DNA of 64,000 nt from NCBI GenBank assembly GCA_963740085.1, contig CAVUCU010000005.1, positions 96,001 to 160,000 of the forward strand, in the 5' to 3' direction. Shown one piece after another: positions 24,845 to 33,808 of the stretch. Both the position numbers and the translations under genes were made by a program. Under the pieces are notes generated by a model. The model had not been told where the DNA came from, made no database searches, and was given only the letters and a program-made list of their open reading frames with translations. How positions within the stretch are numbered: the first letter of the stretch is position 1; every line of letters begins with the position of its first letter. The DNA is from Nitrospirota bacterium. GTDB lineage: Bacteria > Nitrospirota > UBA9217.

Positions 24845-25666
24845 TCATCCTTTCCCCTCGACAAGGCTCTGCCAGGTATGACGACTAAGAAATGAGCCCT
24901 CGATATTACCTTCCATCTCGTCAAACATGGCGAGCGGAACGGCAAAGGTCATCAGGTTCGGGGCGAGCTGCCTGTTTATGTGTACGCGCGCTGAAAGATC
25001 GGTAAGTCCCACGACCGCACGCTGTTTGCTGTTCTTCGCCTCACGGTAAGGGAAGATACCAAGCGTCTGACACCCGGCTGCATACGGTATGATGACGCTG
25101 TCACTCTCTTCCCGTCCGTAATTGGCGAGAATGACCAGGGCCGAGAGCTGATCGGGGTCCGCAAAGAAAATGATCGTCTCGGGGGATTCCTTTGCCCGGT
25201 CAACTTCGGAAAGCGGCTTGAAGACAACATACTTCGCAGCGATATCGACAATCGGCAGATTGGCGACGAACTTCCGAACGAGGTCGGGACTCTTCAGGTA
25301 GCGTTCACCATGGACAAAGTTATCGTATGCTTCCTTCCGCAGGAACGGCTTCACTTGTTCTGCGGTCTGTCTGCCTGTTTCCCACGCATCGTTTCCCGAA
25401 GAGAGAAAATAACAGAAGCCCTCTTCTCCGCCCGCAAAATTCTGATATTCGTTCCCGAAGCCGACGCCGACGCCTCCGCCCGGACAGCCAAACGTCTTTC
25501 GGTCGCATACTGCGGTCCTGCCCTTTGCCGCCGACGCGACGAGCCACATCACGCATCCCCATTTGCCCTCGATGAACTGCATCGCGTCCTCTGGCCTTTC
25601 GTCCGACCACAGAAGCGCTACCGGCCGAAACTTCAATTTCAAGGCTTTTGCTATTGCGCTGTCCAT
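24845..25666 (-). CDS. DUF169-like protein
   Basis: GKWGCVMW..FGCPGGGVGVGFG..PDQLSALVILANY..PYAAGC resembles DUF169 members (recognition by eye). Confidence 0.65.
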   Translation of the reverse strand: MDSAIAKALKLKFRPVALLWSDERPEDAMQFIEGKWGCVMWLVASAAKGRTAVCDRKTFGCPGGGVGVGFGNEYQNFAGGEEGFCYFLSSGNDAWETGRQTAEQVKPFLRKEAYDNFVHGERYLKSPDLVRKFVANLPIVDIAAKYVVFKPLSEVDRAKESPETIIFFADPDQLSALVILANYGREESDSVIIPYAAGCQTLGIFPYREAKNSKQRAVVGLTDLSARVHINRQLAPNLMTFAVPLAMFDEMEGNIEGSFLSRHTWQSLVEGKG

Positions 25667-26190
25667 TATTTTTTTACAGATTTCGGTCGAGCCTCGATCG
25701 GAATCCTGTTGGGAATCTTGGTTTTTCTCACTTTTCTGCCGATGCTCTTGTTCCTTCGCTTCTTATGGGCACGGCGCAACAAGTTGATCATCTCCAACCG
25801 GCTAGGGTTCTGGGGATGATAGATGTACTGATAGATAGCCTCATGGTTGACCGAGTAGCCTGGGTGATCTATCCGAATCCGTCCGGAGATCTGTTCCGGC
25901 GACCAGCCCTGTTCGAGGCCGTCCATTACGTACTGCCGGATGAAGTCGTTCTTTAATCGCTCGTGGGTATTGGCCGTGATCTTTCGTTCACAGGCCCGAG
26001 CGTGTGCTCGGCAGGGCGTATAACGCCGGTATTCAGGTGCTGAGTTCCGAGCAAGTTCTCGGGAGATTGTGCCTTTGTTTCTACCCAGTGTTTTTGCGAT
26101 ATCTCCGAGACTGTAACCTTCTGAGAGCAGACCCGCAATTTGTTCTCTCTCGGGCTGGGTCAACTGCTTATAGGATTTCGCCTCCCATTT
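25666..26190 (-). mobile_element. IS30-family transposase fragment (N-terminal HTH only)
   Basis: YKQLTQPEREQI..IAKTLGRNKGTISRELARN..WSPEQISGR..HEAIYQYIY..IEARPKSV, then a stop before the DDE domain. Confidence 0.88.
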
Positions 26191-26395
26191 TCTGACAAAG
26201 ACACAACAATGAACCTGATTCACCTCTTGATTCAATCGGCACACAAAATAGCTGAAATATGCGGGAACCTTTAGCTCATACACGGATATTATTCCTGATC
26301 CCGGGGTCTGTCAACAGACTATTTCGGCTGTACAGAGCGATTCGAGTTTACTTTTCTCTTTTTATTCGTTCTGGCTTTACGATAAAATCAGCGCC

Positions 26396-27025
26396 ATGAA
26401 TTTCGAGTCTATTATTATTGCCATGAACGAACTTCTGGCAAAGAAACAACCTCAGACATTTAATCGTTCATGGGTACGTGAAAATGCCCCTTGCGTCTAT
26501 CGTTACATTCAAAAGGAAATCAGAAATGAACATGGCGGCATAGACTGGGATCGAATTACCCGTGCCTTAAACCCAAAGTTTCAAAAGCGGTGGATCGGTT
26601 CACTTCGCAAGAAGGCAAAGCCGTATCGAAATAAGACCGAGGTCGATATTATTCTTCAACAATACAGCACTAAGATTTATACCTTCATTTCTTCGGAAAA
26701 CAAGAATGACGAATATATACGGGACATCATCAGCATTGCGCTTGTGAGAATTGCTCAAAAGGGGAATATTTCAGCCAAGCAGGAGCTTATCAAGCTGCTT
26801 AGCTTCACGATTGATGACTGGATCGTAAGATATCCGAATTTATGCAGATGGAGGGGATATGAGCACTTGCTTCAAAAGCGGCTTGAGTGCTGCATACGTT
26901 GTTATCGATATTCCGGGTCGTTCATGCGTTACGTCTTCAAAACACTTGAATATGCTGCCCGAGGTTTAAAGCCGCTGATTGCTTATTCTCTGGACGACGC
27001 CAGATATTCAGGAAAGTGGCGCTGA
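26396..27025 (+). CDS. hypothetical protein, 209 aa, AT-rich; C-terminal half weakly sigma-region-2-like
   Basis: Long clean ORF with no recognised family; LVRIAQKGNISAKQELI...GSFMRYVFKTL. Confidence 0.7.
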   Translation: MNFESIIIAMNELLAKKQPQTFNRSWVRENAPCVYRYIQKEIRNEHGGIDWDRITRALNPKFQKRWIGSLRKKAKPYRNKTEVDIILQQYSTKIYTFISSENKNDEYIRDIISIALVRIAQKGNISAKQELIKLLSFTIDDWIVRYPNLCRWRGYEHLLQKRLECCIRCYRYSGSFMRYVFKTLEYAARGLKPLIAYSLDDARYSGKWR

Positions 27026-27407
27026 GTGAAGAGGCCCATAGTTCACACAATTTTTAGATGTAGCCCTATGTCAAGTTCTTTAGACCTGAGCACGAGAATG
27101 TTCTTCGCATTGTTCCCCTCTGCGGTTTTTGTAAAAATTGATGCAGCGTTGTGACCTCGACTTGGTCAACAACCTTGTAGCATTCAATTCCGCTTTGAGC
27201 CATATAATAGTTTGTCCAGTCGTTTGAATTACTGTCGGTTCTTACAGCGAGATTACATTTCAAAATACCCCAAAAACTACCCCAACTTATGAATGCTGGA
27301 AAACAAAAAAAGAGCTAAATCCTTTAAGGACTTAGCTCTGGTCTCGCACCTGAGTTCGATGGAGAATTTTGGGGAAATAAAAATATAACTGCAAAATCAA
27401 TTAGTTA

Positions 27408-27761
27408 TGGTGGAGGCGGCGGGAATTGAACCCGCGTCCGAAAACCGTCAGCCGGAAGCTCATACATGCTTATCCCCTCGTTTAAAGCTCTCGCCTCATC
27501 CGGCGCCTTGGGGAAAGCTTCGGAATCAGCCAGCCCGGTTTTTCTTATCTTCCCGCCCCGGACGGAATCGGGAAGACCAGCCTGGTTTTTGACGTTTCTG
27601 CGGCTGTTCAGGCTCCGGTCGCGAAACGCGCTACCTAATTAGGCAGCGAGTGCCAGTTCTTGATTATTGGCAGTTGATCTTTACCATGTGTTTAACGAGC
27701 CCCATGGTACCTCGGCATGCAACTCCTGACCTCTGAATCCCCGTCGAAGCCTGTCGCCCCC
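27408..27761 (-). ncRNA. ssrA: tmRNA, tag peptide ANNQELALAA*
   Basis: 5' GGGGGCGACAGGCTTCGACGGGG; 3' GGTTCAATTCCCGCCGCCTCCACCA; tag ORF GCC AAT AAT CAA GAA CTG GCA CTC GCT GCC TAA at 27671-27639. Confidence 0.96.
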
Positions 27762-27773
27762 CTTTGTTGGAAT

Positions 27774-27838
27774 AATTTCTAAATTCGAAATCCGAAGCGC
27801 TATGTGGTTTAGGATTTAGAAATTAGGATTTCGTGCTT
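27774..27838. repeat. 7-bp periodic inverted-repeat element in the tmRNA 5' leader
   Basis: AATTTCT AAATTCG AAATCCG AAGCGCT ... GTTT AGGATTT AGAAATT AGGATTT CGTGCTT. Confidence 0.85.
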
Positions 27839-27852
27839 GCAGTTATAGTACC

Positions 27853-28167
27853 TTATTCGTCCCCGCGATTCAACACCCTTCTCACTTCCGCATGGTCAAT
27901 ACCGCTGATTCGAACAACCTTTTCCCTGGACGTGTGGCCGGAAACGATCTCAACATGGGATTTGGGGATGGACAGGGTATCGGCGAGGAACTTCACTAAC
28001 GCCTCATTTGCAGCGCCGTCGACCGGCGGAGCGGTGAGTCTGATCTTGAGCCCGCCGTTCGCCATCGCGACGAACTCGTTCTTCGATGCTCGGGGCTGAA
28101 TTCGTATTGAGAGAGTGACCGGCACCGCCGGTGTTTTATTCCTGGGTGGGCTTTTCTTCGGCGACAC
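27853..28167 (-). CDS. DUF167/YggU family protein
   Basis: IRIQPRASK..LKIRLTAPPVDGAANEAL..IVSGHTSREK; start uncertain. Confidence 0.9.
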   Translation of the reverse strand: MSPKKSPPRNKTPAVPVTLSIRIQPRASKNEFVAMANGGLKIRLTAPPVDGAANEALVKFLADTLSIPKSHVEIVSGHTSREKVVRISGIDHAEVRRVLNRGDE

Positions 28168-28627
28168 CGCCGGCCTCCTCGAAGGTGACCATCTCCTGGT
28201 GCATCTCGATGACCTTTTTGACGTCCTGCAGGAAGTGATGCTTCCGGCGCTTCAGTTCCTGGATATCCATATCAAGCTTCGCCTTTTCATCCTGGGCATT
28301 GTTAAGGAGCTGCAGTCTGCGCGCCTCTGCCTCCTTGATAATGGCATCCGCCGCCCTGTTTGCGCTGTCCTTCTGGTCTTCCATAAGCTTCTGGGTCATC
28401 AGCAATGCGTTCTTGACGGTCTCTTCGCGTTCATTCAGTTCACGCAGTCGCTGATCATAGGACTGGCGGAAATCCCGCAGATCCGCTACTTCCCGTACAA
28501 GCGTTTCCATCTCATCCCGCACCAGGTCGAGAAACATCTCGACCTCGGTCCGCTCGTAGCCGCGAAAAACCAGATGGAACCGTTTCTGCTGGATATCGAT
28601 AGGTGTTACCCTGATGTCGCTACTCAT
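28136..28627 (-). CDS. divIVA: DivIVA domain protein
   Basis: VTPIDIQQKRF..FRGY...EVEMFL followed by a coiled coil. Confidence 0.9.
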   Translation of the reverse strand: MSSDIRVTPIDIQQKRFHLVFRGYERTEVEMFLDLVRDEMETLVREVADLRDFRQSYDQRLRELNEREETVKNALLMTQKLMEDQKDSANRAADAIIKEAEARRLQLLNNAQDEKAKLDMDIQELKRRKHHFLQDVKKVIEMHQEMVTFEEAGGVAEEKPTQE

Positions 28628-28666
28628 TCCCGTGCCTCCTCAGGCGAGATACCGCATTGCCAAAAC

Positions 28667-28810
28667 TTTTCACCGCAGGATGCGGAGAACACAGAGAACT
28701 TTCCGGATTACAAAACAGGAATCTTCTTCTCTGCCTTTTCCCCTTTGACCTCTACAATCATACTTGTCTTCATTCAAGAATTTAAAGTTCTCAGCATCTC
28801 AGCGGCGAAA
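28667..28810. repeat. 9-bp periodic inverted-repeat element
   Basis: TTTT CACCGCAGG ATGCGGAGA ACACAGAGA ACT ... AGTTCTCAGCATCTCAGCGGCGAAA. Confidence 0.7.
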
Positions 28811-28866
28811 TCGCATTTCCTTTTTCATAAGACTATTGATACTTCCTGAAAAACATCTCTTCTCAT

Positions 28867-29157
28867 TTATCCCATCGAATATCCAAGGCTCTTGAGGTTG
28901 TTGACCACCGCGTATTGCAGAAAGATAATTACCAGCACCGCGATCAGGGGTGAAAAATCGATTCCCACCTTGTACGGGGGGACCAGCTTGCGGATCGGTC
29001 GCAGCACGGGTTCGGTCATCTTTGTCAGGATCTGGACGATGGGATTGTACGGGTCAGGGCTCACCCACGAAATGAGCGCTCGTATGATGATGACCCACAT
29101 ATAAATATTTAACACGATGTCAAGCACCTTTGCAATACCCAGTATGATATTTCCCAT
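28867..29157 (-). CDS. yggT: YggT family membrane protein
   Basis: IIRALISWVSPDPYNPIVQIL..TEPVLRPIRK..IDFSP. Confidence 0.92.
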   Translation of the reverse strand: MGNIILGIAKVLDIVLNIYMWVIIIRALISWVSPDPYNPIVQILTKMTEPVLRPIRKLVPPYKVGIDFSPLIAVLVIIFLQYAVVNNLKSLGYSMG

Positions 29158-29177
29158 TACGCCTCCTGAAATTCTTT

Positions 29178-29252
29178 TTGACACTGATTAACACCGATTC
29201 CCAATGATTTAATCCGCTTCTTCATAAGAAAATCCGTGCGCATCCAAGTCAA
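29178..29252. repeat. 9-bp periodic inverted-repeat element (degenerate)
   Basis: GACACTGAT TAACACCGAT TCCCAATGAT TT ... AAATCCGTG CGCATCCAAGTC. Confidence 0.55.
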
Positions 29253-29256
29253 TTTA

Positions 29257-30066
29257 TTACTTTCCCAGTTCCCTGCTCCTCGCCGTCGCTGCCTCAACAG
29301 CGTTCATAAGCGTCGCGCGGAGCTTTCCCTTTTCAAGGGCGTGAAGACCTTCAATAGTCGTCCCGCCGGGGGACGTGACCATGTCCCTCAGCTTGCCCGG
29401 ATGTTCCTTTGTCTCAAGCACCATCTTGGCCGCGCCGTACACGGTCTGAGCTGCAAGCTCGAGCGCAAGCTGTCGGGGAAGACCCGCTTTTACTCCTGCG
29501 TCGGACAAAGCGTCGATGATCATGAACACATAAGCCGGCCCGCTGCCCGAGAGCCCGGTCACGGCATCCATGAGTTTTTCCTCTACGATCACCGCTCTAC
29601 CCACTGAGTTGAAAATACTCTGCGCCAGAGCAAGATCATCACTCGTCGCGTTCTTCCCGCCCGCAATCGCTGCCGCGCCCGCAAGCACCAGCGCAGGCGT
29701 GTTCGGCATTACGCGCACCACATGAGAACTCCCCTTCAATGCTTTTTCAATCTTGGCGAGTACGATGCCCGCGGCGATGGAGATAACGAGCTTCCTGTCG
29801 TCTACAACAGAGGTTATCTCTACGAGAACCCGTTCGATCACCTGCGGTTTCACGCTCAGAATAATGATATCAGCCTCACGCGCGGCCTCAATGTTGCCCT
29901 TCGGTAGAATACCATAGGTCTTAAGGAGATGCGCAAGCCTGTCGGCAGATACGTCGGCGACCAGGATGTGATCCGGTTTTGACGCACCTCCCGCGATCAA
30001 ACCCTTGATGAGCGCCTCGGCCATGTTCCCGCCGCCAAGAAATGCGATCTTTTTATCTGTCAACAT
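29257..30066 (-). CDS. proC: pyrroline-5-carboxylate reductase
   Basis: FLGGGNMA, VRVMPNTP, SGSGPAY, VTSPGGTT. Confidence 0.96.
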   Translation of the reverse strand: MLTDKKIAFLGGGNMAEALIKGLIAGGASKPDHILVADVSADRLAHLLKTYGILPKGNIEAAREADIIILSVKPQVIERVLVEITSVVDDRKLVISIAAGIVLAKIEKALKGSSHVVRVMPNTPALVLAGAAAIAGGKNATSDDLALAQSIFNSVGRAVIVEEKLMDAVTGLSGSGPAYVFMIIDALSDAGVKAGLPRQLALELAAQTVYGAAKMVLETKEHPGKLRDMVTSPGGTTIEGLHALEKGKLRATLMNAVEAATARSRELGK

Positions 30067-30093
30067 GAGACCTCCAATAGCCAGAACCACATA

Positions 30094-30194
30094 TGCCACG
30101 AAGACTCAAAGGCACGAAGAAATTCATACAGAGGTTTGTGCTTTACCAAATACTTAATTCTTCATGTTTTCTTTGAGTCTTGGAGCCTTCGTGG
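30094..30194. repeat. 9-bp periodic inverted-repeat element
   Basis: GCCACGAAG ACTCAAAGG CACGAAGAA ... TTCTTTGAGTC TTGGAGCCT TCGTGGC. Confidence 0.8.
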
Positions 30195-30248
30195 CTGAAT
30201 TTGGTTTCCCGTTCGATTTATAACTGTCTGACTCCGAACTCAATTCGT

Positions 30249-30935
30249 TTAAATTCTCTCCCCGAATATCGCCGTACCCACGCGAACCATGGTAGCGCCT
30301 TCTTCGATTGCAACCTCAAAATCGCCGCTCATGCCCATGGACAATTCCTTCATAAATGCGTTCGGGATATTCTCCCTTGCCAGACTCTCAGCCAGTTCTC
30401 GCAGAACGCAAAAATAAGGCCGCGAATCTTCACGCTTCTCCGAGAATGGCGGAACGGTCATCAGGCCTTGAACGGTTATACTGCGAAGTTTCGCTATCTC
30501 CCTCACCAGTGCCGGGGCGTTTTTTACCGCCATGCCGGCCTTACTCGCCTCTCCTGCGATGTTCACTTCGACCAGAACGTTCTGTACCTTTCCGATCTTC
30601 GCGGCCTGCTTATCGATCTCCATGGCGAGTTCCAGCTTGTCCACGGAATGGATCAGGTCAAAAAGCTTCACCGCGTGCCTGGCCTTGTTCGACTGGAGGT
30701 GGCCGATCAAATGCCAGCTTGCGATTGCGCCGAGATTTTTGATCTTCTCCTTCGCTTCCTGTACACGATTCTCGCCGAGGATCGTTGCCCCCGCATCGAC
30801 AGCCTCTTTGATCCGCTCACTATCAATGGTTTTAGTCACAACAACAAGTCTGACGGACGCCGGATCGCGAGCTGCACGCTTCGCAGCGAATGCGATCCTG
30901 TCCATCACCGTCCTGATGTTTTCCGCAATTGACAT
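30249..30935 (-). CDS. yggS: YggS/PLP homeostasis protein
   Basis: VVTK, GENRVQE, WHLIGHLQSNK, LSMGMSGDF..A..EGATMVRVGTAIFG. Confidence 0.95.
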   Translation of the reverse strand: MSIAENIRTVMDRIAFAAKRAARDPASVRLVVVTKTIDSERIKEAVDAGATILGENRVQEAKEKIKNLGAIASWHLIGHLQSNKARHAVKLFDLIHSVDKLELAMEIDKQAAKIGKVQNVLVEVNIAGEASKAGMAVKNAPALVREIAKLRSITVQGLMTVPPFSEKREDSRPYFCVLRELAESLARENIPNAFMKELSMGMSGDFEVAIEEGATMVRVGTAIFGERI

Positions 30936-30944
30936 AAACTCGTA

Positions 30945-31107
30945 CACCACTAAGACACAGGCATGATGAAGGCAAAATGGAAAGTGCAAAATGCAAAAGT
31001 CAAAGTTAATGGATAAAAATCATCGCCCTGGACCATACAGCAATTTTACACTTTGCATTTTGCAATTTGCCTTGCTCATTGCCTTTGCCGCGTCTTTATG
31101 GCGGAAA
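30945..31107. repeat. nested element: 7-bp periodic arms inside 9-bp-type arms
   Basis: CACCACTAAGACAC.. [AAAATGG AAAGTGC AAAATGC AAAAGTC AAAGTTA ... CAATTTT ACACTTT GCATTTT GCAATTT] ..GCGTCTTTATGGCGG. Confidence 0.75.
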
Positions 31108-31110
31108 GCC

Positions 31111-31899
31111 TCAGGGTTTTATCATGATTACCGACAGCATCCTGCCGGTCCTGCCCTCGGCGCGGAAGGAATAGAACAGGTCACGCCTGCATGACGTGCA
31201 AAGTCCGAGCGCATGCACATTCTGTTCAGCCAGGCCGATCTGCAGCAGCTCCAGTTTGTTTGCCTTTACCAGGTCGAGACTCCAGCGGTCATTCCCGCGC
31301 GGAAGGGCGACCTCGTTCCAGAACGAAAAGGCATCTCTCACCCGTCCTATCACGGGTTCGTCCACCTCGTAGCATTCGGGCCCAATGGCCGGTCCGATCG
31401 CCGCGATCAACCGCGAAGGTTCTGATCCAAATTCCTCGTGCATCCGGTGTACGGCCTTCTGAACGATCTTTTTTACGGTACTCTTCCAGCCTGCATGCAC
31501 AGCGGCCACCGCGGGCTTCATTGGATCGAACAGCAGGACCGGCACGCAGTCAGCGGTCTCGACCGCGATGGCAATCCCCGGCACATCGGTTATCAGGGCG
31601 TCGGCATGAACATTCCGGACACCCCGGACGTTCAGGTCATTCACCGTGACAATATTTTCACCGTGCACCTGGTCCACGGTCACTACCCGCTCAATACAGA
31701 TCCCGAACGCGCTTGCTACCGCTTTCCAGTCATCCGGATGCCTGATGCCGGTGTTCCTTGCTCCCAGCCCGCCCTGTCGTGTGGTAAAGGCATGGATTAT
31801 CCCGGTTGCCTTGTCGAGCGCGGGGATCGAAACGAATTCATTATCCCTGACCTTGCCGGGAAGGGCGCATTTTTTATGTTGTCGTTTGGCGGTAGTCAT
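31111..31899 (-). CDS. pgeF: PgeF/YfiH laccase-domain protein
   Basis: QVHG, ADALIT, TADCVPVL, HAGW, IGPAIGPECYEV, FYSFR. Confidence 0.93.
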   Translation of the reverse strand: MTTAKRQHKKCALPGKVRDNEFVSIPALDKATGIIHAFTTRQGGLGARNTGIRHPDDWKAVASAFGICIERVVTVDQVHGENIVTVNDLNVRGVRNVHADALITDVPGIAIAVETADCVPVLLFDPMKPAVAAVHAGWKSTVKKIVQKAVHRMHEEFGSEPSRLIAAIGPAIGPECYEVDEPVIGRVRDAFSFWNEVALPRGNDRWSLDLVKANKLELLQIGLAEQNVHALGLCTSCRRDLFYSFRAEGRTGRMLSVIMIKP

Positions 31900-31921
31900 T
31901 GATGATCGATACAAAATCGTA

Positions 31922-33649
31922 TTATGTACATACTCCACAGGTCTTGCACGAGCCCACCTTGCACGGCGGCGTAAATTTTTCCTCGAGCGCCCGCTGATGC
32001 TCGTTCATAAGATATTCTTTTCTCACACCGATGTCAATAAAATCCCAGGGCAAGCACTCGTTGAACTCACGTCGTCGATACACGTAAAAATCCGTATTGG
32101 TCGCTGTTGTTTTCGCGGCCTTTTTCCAGTCCCCGCCGTTCTCGTGAGCAGCCCTGATCATTTTCCCCACCCTCCGGTCGCCGCGCGCGAGCAGTGCCTG
32201 GAGATACTCCCACTTCGGAAGGTCATGAATGATGTTCGTGTTCCCGATCGCCCTAACCGCCTTCTCAAGTGAGCGCAATTTCTTATTCAGGCTTTCGACC
32301 TGGTCCATCGGCTCCCACTGGAAAGGCGTAAACGGCTTCGGGACAAAGGAGTTCACCGAGAGCGTGATCCGGCCTATCCTGCCGAGAGTCCGTGCGTGTT
32401 TGAGCTGCACCTCGTGCACGTTGCGAGCGAGCATGATAATCGCGTCCACATCATCCCGCGTTTCCGTCGGCAAGCCGATAATGAAATACAGTTTGAGGTT
32501 CGGGATGCCGTTTCGAAAGATCATATCGGCAGCGCGAAGGATATCTTCTTCAGTAACTCCCTTGTTAATCACGTTACGGAGCCGCTCGGAACCGGCTTCG
32601 GGAGCGATGGAAATGGTTTTATGACCGCTCTTGGCGAGCCTTTCGATCAGGGTTTCACTGACCGAGTCAGCACGGAGCGACGAGACCGAGACGCCCCCCT
32701 CGATCATTGTGCAAAGATCGTTGATGTCAGGATAGTCCGATAATGCAGCGCCAACGAGTCCGATCTTGCCGCAAAGGTCGTCTGCTTTTGTTGCCTGCTC
32801 CTTTGCCCTATCCGCCCTGAGGTTTCGCGGGGGGAGATAGAGAGTGCCTGCCATGCAGAACCGGCAGTGCCTGCCGCATCCCCGGGTGATCTCGGACAGA
32901 TACCGGTCGCTGAACTCAGTGTTCGGGGTGAGGATAACGGTTGCCGCCGACGCCGTGCCGAAGTCTTTGACTGTCCTCTTGACGATGCGTTCGGGGGCGG
33001 CGGGTTCAAGGCTCTTTCGTTCCTTGATCGTTCCGTCTTCATGGTAGATGACCTCGTAAAACTCAGGTACGTAGACGCCGGGGATCCCGCTGATCGCGCT
33101 CAGAAGTTCCTGCCGCCCTTTCTCCCGGTTCGCCTTGTATACATCAATGAACTCCCCCGTGATTTCTTCTCCCTCCCCCACGATCACGACATCGACAAAA
33201 TCCGATAGCGGCTCAGGATTGAAAAAGGAACAGATCCCTCCAAGGACCACGAGCGGATCGTCCCCGGTCCGTTCGCGTTTGTCCGCGGGTATGCCAGAGA
33301 GGCGCAGGATAGTGAGAACATTCACATAGTCCTGTTCAAAGGACACGGAGAAGGCCAGGATGTCGAACTCTCTCACCAGCCGCTTGCTCTCGAGGCAGAA
33401 CAGTCTTGTGTCGGTTTTCACATACTCTTCGACATCGTCCTCATCAGGAAGGAACACCCGCTCACAAGCAGTGTCGACGCGTCGGTTCAGGATGGAGTAG
33501 ATCTGGTGAACACCGAGATTCGACATGCCGATGTGGTAGGTATTGGGATAGGCCAGCGCGACCGTTACCTCCGTTCCACGGGCCTTCGAGATCGTCCCGC
33601 GCTCGGCAGCGAGCAGGGCATCGGCTTTCGCCTTGAGTTTCTTCGACAT
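31922..33649 (-). CDS. B12-binding-like radical SAM protein
   Basis: YPNTYHIGMSNLG; EITRGCGRHCRFC (CxxxCxxC); APEAGSERLR; FVPKPFTPFQW. Confidence 0.9.
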   Translation of the reverse strand: MSKKLKAKADALLAAERGTISKARGTEVTVALAYPNTYHIGMSNLGVHQIYSILNRRVDTACERVFLPDEDDVEEYVKTDTRLFCLESKRLVREFDILAFSVSFEQDYVNVLTILRLSGIPADKRERTGDDPLVVLGGICSFFNPEPLSDFVDVVIVGEGEEITGEFIDVYKANREKGRQELLSAISGIPGVYVPEFYEVIYHEDGTIKERKSLEPAAPERIVKRTVKDFGTASAATVILTPNTEFSDRYLSEITRGCGRHCRFCMAGTLYLPPRNLRADRAKEQATKADDLCGKIGLVGAALSDYPDINDLCTMIEGGVSVSSLRADSVSETLIERLAKSGHKTISIAPEAGSERLRNVINKGVTEEDILRAADMIFRNGIPNLKLYFIIGLPTETRDDVDAIIMLARNVHEVQLKHARTLGRIGRITLSVNSFVPKPFTPFQWEPMDQVESLNKKLRSLEKAVRAIGNTNIIHDLPKWEYLQALLARGDRRVGKMIRAAHENGGDWKKAAKTTATNTDFYVYRRREFNECLPWDFIDIGVRKEYLMNEHQRALEEKFTPPCKVGSCKTCGVCT

Positions 33650-33655
33650 GGAGGG

Positions 33656-33684
33656 ATTATACTATGCCGGGACGCCGTGCGCAA
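33656..33684 (-). promoter_or_regulatory. promoter implying a leaderless radical SAM mRNA
   Basis: TTGCGC-N17-TATAAT-N6-ATG with no SD. Confidence 0.6.
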
Positions 33685-33808
33685 AACAATTCCTGCAGGA
33701 TATTCTGGTGTTCATTGGAATACGGGGATGAATAGGATTCTCGGAGGGATGCCGAAGGTGCGATCGGATGGTCATCGAACGAGAAGCGCGTGATCGGGGA
33801 CGTGAAGC

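Noticed and set aside
27066-27263. 65-aa minus-strand ORF near ssrA
   Set aside because: No SD or recognisable motif; probably chance or an unidentifiable remnant.
27407-27592. Plus-strand ORF MVEAAGIEPAS
   Set aside because: Typical antisense translation of a tRNA-like 3' end, here tmRNA.
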